A DNA stretch of 64,000 nt, taken from the NCBI GenBank assembly GCA_964016885.1, contig CAXHJY010000862.1, positions 18,725 through 82,724 on the forward strand. Direction: 5' to 3'. Position 1 is the first letter of the stretch. Every line of letters begins with the position of its first letter. This stretch comes from Eledone cirrhosa (Eukaryota). Of the stretch, positions 51,520 to 64,000 are shown piece by piece. The position numbers and the translations under genes were made by a program. The notes below the pieces were generated by a model that saw only the letters and a program-made list of their open reading frames with translations, was not told where the DNA came from and did no database searches.

Positions 51520-52679
51520 TGTTTATGTGAATCATATTTAAAATGCAGGCATCAATTAACGCGTAAAATAATATAAGAAGATTGGGTTTTCTTTACCTTA
51601 ATATTTCAAGCAACAGTTCTTTTTCAATAAAAAAAATCTTCCTCACAAATAATTGCTCGTCTTTTCGTCACAATCCAAGAATTACAACTGTCAAATTGTT
51701 TGAAAAAAAAAGTCGTAACAGTAACAATCATGTCATTCGTTCTTTTGTTTTTCATTTTCTTTATTTTTCTTTTACTTTCTTTCCCCTACTCTCCCTCCCT
51801 TTCCTGTCCCCACGATGGTGACGTCCAGTGTCAGTTCAAATATTTGTCTTGTATTTAAAAGTTCCTAAATCGCAAACCAGTTCTGCGGTGGTTGAATGAC
51901 GTCAATCCGTTTGACACGAGTTAAGTTGTGATTAAATAATGGTTTGGCTAGCTTCAGAGTGGACGTGGGGTAGTGGCGGGAGGTGGGGTGGGTAGTAGTG
52001 AGTGGTGGTGTGGTGGGGGGGGGGGGGTATACGGTGGACATGGCGTGAAGGATGTGTTTAGAGTGGTGGTGTGGGGATATACGGTGGAAGTGGAGAGAGA
52101 AGTGTGTGATTGGTGTGAGATGAAGTGTAGGTGGGGGGTATACGGCGGACGTGAAGTGAGAGACAGTAGGGGGTATGTATGTGTATATGTGTGTGAATGT
52201 ATGTGTAAGTATGCATATGTATGTGTAAGTGTGCACATGGATGTATGTGTGTGTATGTGTGTATGTGTATGTATATGAGTGTGTATGTGTGTATATGTGT
52301 GTATATATATATGTATATATATATATATGTGTGTGTGTATATATATGTATATGTATAGGTGTATGCTGGACCTGTATATGTTGTGTCAATGTGCGTATTT
52401 TTTATAGAACTGTATCTACGTGTGTGTCACTATTTCAATGTATGTGTGTGTGTGTAAGTGTCACTGTGTATGTATGTGTCACTGTGTGTATATGTGTGTG
52501 GCAGGTATACATGATGCTATGTCTATAGACACGACACTAACAGAATGTGTGTTTTGCAGACATACGTTGAAACTGATCCAAAGTAACTAATAAGAATTTC
52601 GTAATGACACCTTTTATGAGGGGGTCCCAGTTATTAGACTGCGGCCATGATGAGGCAACGCTCCTTTTATAAGGAGCCC

Positions 52680-53222
52680 ACCTACAAATAGAATACTATC
52701 ATTAAATTTTGATTTTGAAAATAGGTTTATAATTATTAATTTTCATTCTACTTTTGTAGCTGTCTCGGTGGCCTAATTGGAGGGATCATAGACGGTGGTG
52801 ATCCTGGTCTGAAGTTCGATCCTTGTCGGGAGTAGGGTTCCCAGTAAACCTTTTCAGTCTTTTTTCTATGGAATGTAAAATAAAAAGTGAAATACATTAC
52901 ATGTACCTCTTGACCAGGATTGACCCCAAGACCAGGATCTCCATCGTCTCTAGCACCCCCCTCTAGGCCACTGAAACAGATATTAAAATCACTGAAAATT
53001 CATATATATAAACCTACTTTCAAAATTTTCAAAACACAACGTTGTGATGTCGTTGACCAAATGCTTTGCTTAATTGTTTTATTTATTTATTTTTTTATTT
53101 TATTCTTTCTCTTAGACTTCAGGTAATTTTTGAAAGCTAAGCATTGGCCCCTAAATACTACAGTGAGCCCCCTGGGGCCCACTTGTTATTGGGCAACCTG
53201 GAACCTGGCCAGTCCGCCACTG
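52680..53222 (-). mobile_element. Non-autonomous DNA transposon (hAT-like)
   Basis: Related to 22645-23190; terminal CAGTGGCGGACTGGCCAGG on the minus strand. Confidence 0.55.
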
Positions 53223-53246
53223 TATAAATATATATATATATATATA

Positions 53247-53698
53247 TGATATTAAATAAATGGAAACTATATTTATAAAACCATATTTATTTCATTATAT
53301 ATATTTCAGGGATATCATATTAACAATATGTTATGCCTTCATCAGACAAAATACAATATAAACAGTCTTATAAATAAATAGATATGACATACCTTTCAAT
53401 CGACTTGCATTTGGGAAGTTGATTTGACTGCCAAATCAACTTCCCAAATGCAAGTCGATTGAAAGGTATGTCATATCTATTTATTTATAAGACTGTTTAT
53501 ATTGTATTTTGTCTGATGAAGGCATAACATATTGTTAATATGATATCCCTGAAATATATATAATGAAATAAATATGGTTTTATAAATATAGTTTCCATTT
53601 ATTTAATATCATAAATATACTCCAAATACTTGTTGAGTGCTTTTATATCAGTTATAAATATTTACTCGTTGTTAACCCAACAATTTAAATATAACTTT

Positions 53699-53700
<2 letters not shown>
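53247..53700. mobile_element. Fold-back pLTR pair with two hammerheads (same family as 21528-21975)
   Basis: Perfect inverted arms centred near 53430; + fold 53505-53570 with CTGATGA core, mirror fold on -. Confidence 0.85.
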
Positions 53701-53780
<80 letters not shown>

Positions 53781-54382
53781 TCATTTATTATGGGTATTTG
53801 TGAGCTTTGTTACTCTAATGTTTTACCTGTGCACTCACAGGATCACCAGTCTTGTCAGGTGAGTACGCAGGTGAGTCTTCAGAGTAACAAGGCTTAGTTA
53901 TAATAAATAAATATTTAAACTCTACTTCGGTATTGAGTTTTCATTCTTACGTCCGTCAATAATTTACGTACTCTCAGGTCTTGAATAATCGTCGTCCCTC
54001 CCACGCTTATTAATTTGTCTGGCTCCCTCCCCTGCGTTTTATTCCACCCCACCCCCACCCGCTTGTTAAATTTTGCTAATCTATCTCCGGTGAAATATCA
54101 TTGTAAGTGATTCATATTGATACAGCAGCTGGAGAATCTAATAATTTTATTTTACATTAAAAAAACATTATATATGACAAAAGAAATCCTATATTTACGA
54201 ACGTACCCTATACAATTACTGATTTCCCTCTCCCCCACACCCACCCCATTATTGCCACCCCTCCTATTATTTGGGACCCGAGAGTGACACAAAACTCTCT
54301 TTTAATCCCCCCTCTCCTCTGTACCTACTAAAACCAAACTCTACCCCTCTCTATATCTAATATACAACAAACTCTCTCAACC

Positions 54383-54419
<37 letters not shown>

Positions 54420-54477
54420 TCATATACGTATATATATATATAAATATATACACACATATATATATATATAAATATAT

Positions 54478-54564
<87 letters not shown>

Positions 54565-54584
54565 TATATATATATATATATATA

Positions 54585-54642
<58 letters not shown>

Positions 54643-54988
54643 TTAAATGAGAGGTCATTCGGTGAGTCAGTGAAATACACCGTTTGACTTTTGAACAAGT
54701 CTGACCTACAGGAGGGAGGGGTGTATAAGTTGGCTCTTCCAGGAGGAGGGGGTAGCGTCCACCACCACCACCAACAACAATACCACTATTACCACCATCA
54801 CTACCCCACCCCACCACTTGGTGTTGAAAACTGCAGTAAGGACACACACACACACACACGCGCATACACATACATACACACACAGACACACATATATATA
54901 CATAAGGTACGCTTCCGCAATGTTTCTGTTAACCTAATTCCACCCACAAGACACTAGTTACAGTCATTATCATCCTATATCTCTCTCT

Positions 54989-55054
<66 letters not shown>

Positions 55055-55874
55055 CACTCTACATAGTACTCACATAATACGTGCTCTCCTCGGTCTCAGC
55101 GTCGCAAACTCTATCTATCTATCCATCTATATGTATATATATATATAACTGCACCCCGCGAGCTCATCAACAGTAGAGCTGAAACAGCGATAAGTTGTAC
55201 ACATCGCTTAAAAATATCCTTCTTCAGATGGGTTAAGGATGAGTAATGAAACCGTGCACCGGATCTCCCTGCAAGAAGTCTTAATACCCCGGCGGGCAGG
55301 CGCTGCAAAATAACACCCAGGAAACTAATCTTCCATACCAGACCCAGCCTCAAACGACTCAGACAAAGAGATGCGGAAAAAAAACTCTCAAAATAAGCGT
55401 TGGTTACATGACCCTGTGCGTATCGACAATGGTAAGGTTGTAACCTCATCTTGTAGCGGATAAAAATTTGTCCGGGAAAGACTGCCCTAACACCGGTCAG
55501 AGTTACCTCCCTTGACCTGCTGTAAAGTCAAAACAACCTATTTTTGCGAGCAATGAACCTTGACGAGCAATGTAAGGAACACTTTTGATTATTTATGCCC
55601 ATGAGAAGCCCAACTGGGCGAAACGTACGTAGGTGCTGTTTTAAATACACATGTTTTAGCGGTCTATTCTCCGATCTCTTACTTTCCCACGTGCTTACGC
55701 TCTGCTAACTCTCTAGCCCACTAAATATTAACACTTCGAATATTTAATACTGCCGGCACTAGTATCAAGCACCTTTGGCATACGCTACTTGACAAATAAC
55801 TAAATGTATCACCTATCCTCCCCTTTTCTTCTCTCTCTCGATACGTAAATACTGTATGTATATATATATATATA

Positions 55875-56086
55875 GTGGTAGAACACTGGAAGGTAATATC
55901 CGTAGTAGTAGAGTACTCAGTCCAAGGGACGAGTTAGGTAGAAGTGGTTACACAACAGTTAGTTCACCATACCGAGAACAATTGTTTCACCTTGGCGGAT
56001 CCTCAGGTCCATTACGAGCTGAGGATCCGCTAATGGGAAACAATTGTTCTCGGTATGGTGAACTAACTGTTGTGTAACCACTTCTA
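55875..56086. mobile_element. Fold-back element with two minimal hammerheads
   Basis: + 56016-56051 GAG-CTGAGGA-TCCGCTAATGG-GAAA-CAATTG-TT-CTC; - 55974-56009 CTGAGGA-TCCGCCAAGGT-GAAA-CAATTG-TT. Confidence 0.8.
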
Positions 56087-56122
<36 letters not shown>

Positions 56123-57123
56123 AATATATGTGTGTGTGTCTGTGTCTGTGTGTAAATGTATGTGTGTGTATCCCTCAATATTTAAAGGTTTCCTGGGCAA
56201 ATTCCATCGTAAAATCCCGGTTAAACATCCCACTGCCGTATGTCTCTGTAAGCAACAACCCTTTTCTAGAATAAGCCACGATGTCCAAAATACGACTAGA
56301 TTGTGAACCCATAATCTGAATATCTTCGCCAGATGTTGCTATTAAGTTAGACATGGACTGAGCCAAAACTGGTCGAAACTTTTCAAAGTTATTTATCAAA
56401 GTTATATATATTATTCTTTCAAACATATTTCATCTTGGGCAGACCTGTCAACTCTCCCCGTTCGACGGGGGGGGGGGGGGAATCTCCCACCCACTTTCGT
56501 GTGATTGAGAGATGTCTCCTCTTGTGAAAATGGGTATAGCTTTCGTTATGTAAAATCTCCCCATTTTGCCCCATTTTCCCCTGTTTGGGGGGCACTTTTT
56601 TTTTCATGGTACTCCAGAACGATATGTCTGGTAATTAAAGGGAAATGTCGCTGCTATTTCTAGCATACCCAATGACATCCAGAGGCTCCCCTATCTTTGA
56701 ATCTCATCATACATCTTCGCTTTATTTTATAATTGTCACGTTTTTCTCGAGAGAAATTCCCAACGAGATTTTGGCGCGGATCACATCACGTTCAGCAAAT
56801 ATTTCTATATTTACTGAATCATCCAGATGGTGTTTACCCCGAAATCTTCGTACTTATTTTTTATTCCTTGTTCTCACCACTCCAATTATCAAACCCTGCC
56901 ACTCACCCACCTCTCCATCGGTTCCTCCTCCCTGCCACTCACCCACCTCTCCATCGGTTCCTCCTCCTCCTTCTCATCAACCTAAGACGTAAAATAAAAA
57001 AATGAAACTCTTTCCATTTTAACGACGCCATTTTTGTGACATCGTCACACCAGACCCAGAACAGACGTCGAATTGAAACAGATACAATTAGTAGATATAC
57101 ACAGACATTTATATATATATATA

Positions 57124-57261
<138 letters not shown>

Positions 57262-57385
57262 TACATACATACATACATACATACATACATACATACATAC
57301 ATACATACATACATACATACATACATACATACATACATACATACATACATACATACATACATACATACATACATACATACATACA

Positions 57386-57421
<36 letters not shown>

Positions 57422-57821
57422 TATACGTTATTCCGGGTTGAATCGAGGTAACCATATATATATATATATATATACATATATACATTTATATATACACATA
57501 GACAGACATACACACTGTGTATATATGTATATATATATGGAGGGGTGAGAGAGAACAACGTACACAACATACATACACACGCACACAAACACGTACACAC
57601 ACACAAGTACTTGCTTACATACACGTATGAAAGGCCATAGAAGAAAGAAAGAAAGAAAGAACGAAAGAAAGAAACGAGTGTTTATAGAAAAGTGTGAAAG
57701 TAATATATTTAATGAAACTGTTAAATTCCAGGTAGAAAGTTTTGTATTTGAGTATATATAGTGCTGGTGGTGGGGGGTTCTTACCTGTATATATATATAG
57801 AGGGGCAGAGAGGGGGGGAAG

Positions 57822-57940
<119 letters not shown>

Positions 57941-58741
57941 CTATATATATAATAAATCAAGAATTAGAAATAGAAGCCAGGACTATCCGTCATCAGTGGT
58001 CTACTAGCCATCAGTGGTCTACTAGCCATCAGTGGTCTACTAGCCATCAGTGGTATTTCTTCACATTAGAGACCAGATACCTCAAGCTAGGGCGATACAA
58101 TAACTAAATTAAGTTATTGGGATAAAAAGAGTTGGGTGGAGAAAGAGGTACAGGTAAACACAGAGAGAGAGAGATTCAGTGTATTACTGGAACTTTATTT
58201 TACACTTTTTTAAATAATAAAGAAACAATTTGTTTTAGTATATTTGTTTTAATCCTTAATAAGATTTCCGCCATGTATTTTTAGTTGATGATGATGATGA
58301 TAATAATGGTTTCTGATTGAGGCACAAGCCAGCAATTTTAAGAGGAGGGGGAAAGTCGATTAAATCGACCCAGTGCATTACTGGTACTTTATTTTATCGA
58401 CCCCGTAAAGATGAAAGGCAAAACTAACCTCGGTGGGATTTGAAATCGGAATGTAAAGGGCCGTAACTCTATGCTACAAAGCATGGTGTCCGACGCTCTA
58501 CCGATTCTGCCATAACAATAATAATAATGATTTCTACTATAGGCACAAGGCCAGCAAATTTTTGGGGGAAGGAAAGTTGAGTAAATCAACCCCAGTGCGT
58601 GACTGGTACTTTATTTCATCGACCCCGTAAGGATGAAAGGCAAAGCTAACCTCGGCGGGATTTTAACTCAGAACGTAAAGAGCCGAAACTCTATACCGCA
58701 ATGGTACATTTTATCTGACGCTCTACCGATTCTAAGATACA

Positions 58742-59605
58742 TTAACGTCTGCGAAACATTTTTAATTTTATTGAAGTAGTTTTAGGTAAATCTTTTCTGT
58801 CGCCATCTTGTGTCATTGGCGTTTCAAGGACTTTGCTCTTCCTATATTTGTTGACAATCTTCTCAATGAATGCTAACACGATACTGGCAAGGGCCGTACT
58901 CCCCACTACAGTAAACGCTCCACCAAGGTCTTCCAATGCCAGAGCTTTCGTTTCCACAGATTTTTTCAACAGAAGTTGTTTGCTGCAGTTGCACCACTTT
59001 CTCCTCCAGTTTTCAATGAGACCCAACTCCTGATATTTGATGATACTAAAAGAAAAAATGAAAAAAAAAAGAGAGAAAAAACAAAACCAACAAACATACA
59101 AAAACAAAAACAAACAATTTTGGAGGATTAAAGGTTAATTTGACCCTATAAAAAGATATTTGGGCGGGTGGGGGCAATACATACATATATAAATCCTTGT
59201 TAATCGTTATTTGGCAGTAGAGGGTCGGACGCCATGCTTTGACGCATAGAGTTACGGCCCTTGCCATTCTGAGTTCAAATCCCGCCGAGGTTAACTTTGC
59301 CTTTCATCCTTACGGGGTCGATAAAATAAAGTACCAGTAATACACTGGGTAATTGCTGGCCTTGTGCCAAAAGTAGAAACAATTATATATATATATATAT
59401 TTACACTGTTTAGTTCTACACCTCGCTACAGACGTGAATCTAAACATCGAGTGGTCACCTGCGTGAACCTATAATAACTTCGTTACACTCCCTGGATATA
59501 TATATATATATATTTCAGTTGCATTTTCGATTTCATCCCTTTTTCTTTATACTTCCACTCGTGTAGGACACCTCGGTATTTTTCATTTTGTAAAAAAAAC
59601 CTCAC

Positions 59606-59656
<51 letters not shown>

Positions 59657-60990
59657 TATACACACATATATATATCAGCTCTCTTACAATAGATCGAGCA
59701 CTTTTTTCCTTTTTCCTATCCAAGGATATTTTGGTTACATAATAGAAGGGAAAAGGAAATAGCACACACACATACATACATACATACATGCTCCCACCAC
59801 ACACACACACACACACGTGTCACCTACTTGAAAGATGTCCCCATGTGTCACCTACTTGAAAGAGATCAGCTCTCGAATCGGAGAACGTTTCGGTGTGATG
59901 AAACCAAGACTTTGTCTGTAGCCCTTCTCTTCAACAAAAGCAATTCCTTCTTGTTCTTGCCAGCGTAATACCTCACCACAGAACTGTCCATTACGTAGGC
60001 AAAGTTATCATGCAGCACCATTTCCATTATCGCACTCGTCTCTGTCACGTTCGGACTTAACCGGATCTCTTGTCCAATCGTCCGGTACGAAGGATTCCGA
60101 GATTTCTGGGAAGAAAAAATTTGAAATATACCAGGATTCATATACAGGATGGTTTTAAAAAACTGATATCATGGCTGGCTCTTCCTAGCTGCTCCGGTGA
60201 CTATATAATTCCAGTAAAAACATGTATACCTTTACATTGTGAGTGTCTGTAGAATATAGATATATACACCAACCCCGAACACAAAGGAACCACGCTCCCA
60301 TCACTGTCTCCGTCTCTCCTGCTCTCCCATCTCTCACTATTATGAGCCAATGGGGGGTCCATGCGCTGGCTGCCCCGTGGCCCGGGCGGACAGAATAGAG
60401 AAGGCGTTTCCCCAGAAGATGGTGAGGGAGACGCGCTGGAAGAGCCAACCCAGCTCGCGAGGCTCACACCTGCGGGTAGCGCACTCTGTCGATGGTGGTG
60501 AGTAATAAGATGGTGACCCTAGGGTCAAGAGCACCAGAAGTCTCCACTGCTACGGGTAGCCAACTCTGTGCCGATGGTGGTGTGTAGGGAGGTGATCCTA
60601 TGGCGAACACACCAGAAGTCTCCATTACTACTGGTTCAACCGCTTACCTGTCGGAGAGCGACCGAATTGTAAGATAAGTTGAAAAGATTTAACAAACATT
60701 TGTTATATAGATTTATAATAACAATAAAAAGAAGACGAGAAAACACAAAAGTTAAAACAAATCGCAACTGACCAAAAAATATGACCACCATGTTGATCCT
60801 GCAAGAGTTATGGGTCTTATGGAAGGATGATGGGCTAAATCTTCTAGACTTGTGATAGACAATCTGGAAACTTTCACTGTAAGTATGGCAGCTAAGAAGG
60901 CCGTGTAGTAGGTGGTCAAAAGGATGACGAATAACCACCAGAAAATAATGGTTATACGGGCTGATATATTCTTGGGTTCGTTGTTGGGAC
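58742..60990 (-). CDS. Divergent ionotropic glutamate receptor / IR, last three exons (M3, S2, M4), with 1-nt frameshift
   Basis: Exon 60773-60990: PKNISARITIIFWWLFVILLTTYYTAFLAAILT..ITSLEDLA..GST. Exon 59856-60105: NFAYVMD, then in a shifted frame SLGFITPKRSPIRELIS. Exon 58742-59045: YQELGLIENWRRKW..ALALEDLGGAF..LAFIE. The 5' exons are not found in the window. Confidence 0.85.
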
Positions 60991-61023
60991 CTGTAGCAAG
61001 AGGGTAGCAATATATATATACAC

Positions 61024-61069
<46 letters not shown>

Positions 61070-61074
<5 letters not shown>

Positions 61075-61325
61075 AGAAAAAAGAGAATCAGTGTTGCGAT
61101 GAATGGAATTTATTGGACATATTACAATCGTTTCTCTGGTGACCAGCTCGAGGCACAATCTGATGTGATTATCTGAACCTAACTCTGAAAATCGCAAGGT
61201 CCTCAGATACGTCTTGATTCTACGAAGCAGATTTCCCTTATAAGGAGCTGGGTCGCCAGAGAAACGATTGTAATATGTCCAATAAATTCCATTCGTCGCA
61301 ACACTGATTCTCTTTTTTCTGTGAT
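61070..61325. mobile_element. Fold-back element with a long-domain-II hammerhead on the minus strand (61116-61213)
   Basis: About 78-bp inverted arms; GACGTAT-CTGAGGA-(65 nt)-GAAA-CGATTG-TA-ATATGTC. Confidence 0.75.
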
Positions 61326-61404
61326 ATCATACTCTGCTCTATGAGAGCATCAAGTGCTCAAACGGCCTACCGCATACGGACGCTTTAAGCATCCAACACC
61401 AATT

Positions 61405-63714
<2,310 letters not shown>

Positions 63715-63804
63715 CACTGGAAGGTAATATCCGTAGTGGTAGAGCACTCAGTCCATGGGACGAGTTAGGTAGAAGAGGTAACACAACGGTTAGTTCACCA
63801 TACC

Positions 63805-63840
63805 AAGAACAATTGTTTCACCTTAACGGATCCTCAGCTC
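63805..63840 (-). ncRNA. Minimal type I hammerhead ribozyme
   Basis: GAG-CTGAGGA-TCCGTTAAGGT-GAAA-CAATTG-TT-CTT; same family as 55875-56086. Confidence 0.75.
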
Positions 63841-64000
63841 GTAGTATATATATAGGATATACATATATATAGAGAGAGAGAGAGAACAAGATAGATATAG
63901 ATATATACATATATAAGAATGAAATAGTTTTAGTCCTGTAGAAGCATTTCTATATATATAACTCTCTTACACATATACATGCTCATATATAGGCAATACA

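Noticed and set aside
56180-57060. Possible Kolobok-like transposon starting TTAAAGG
   Set aside because: No matching second terminus or transposase motif found.
59880-59905. GAAACGTT and TGATGAAA hammerhead-like words
   Set aside because: Inside the IR coding exon, and no three-stem fold can be built.

Overview
AT-rich, microsatellite-saturated animal genomic DNA. The SINE and repeat content suggests a coleoid cephalopod (octopus); this is inference. Host genes: (1) an intronless 1688-aa ORF made of about six tandem NHL/TRIM-like beta-propeller units (+); (2) a complete 12-exon isovaleryl-CoA dehydrogenase (IVD, +, 422 aa) with a GC-AG intron and duplicated last-exon acceptors; (3) an 11-coding-exon short cadherin (three EC repeats plus TM, PCDH15/Cad99C-like motifs, -, 619 aa); (4) the last three exons of a divergent ionotropic glutamate receptor/IR (-) carrying a 1-nt frameshift. 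Mobile DNA: three 5'-truncated Penelope-like elements (RT plus C-terminal GIY-YIG, CxCx5C linker), RTE LINE fragments, two tRNA-SINE families, piggyBac-, mariner-, hAT- and Helitron-like non-autonomous elements, and several minisatellites. The most striking hidden layer is more than 20 type I hammerhead-ribozyme folds from several families. They sit next to (TA)n tracts, often as head-to-head fold-back pairs, and include forms with a greatly enlarged domain II and a recurrent non-canonical core. All folds were paired by eye; none has been tested for activity.
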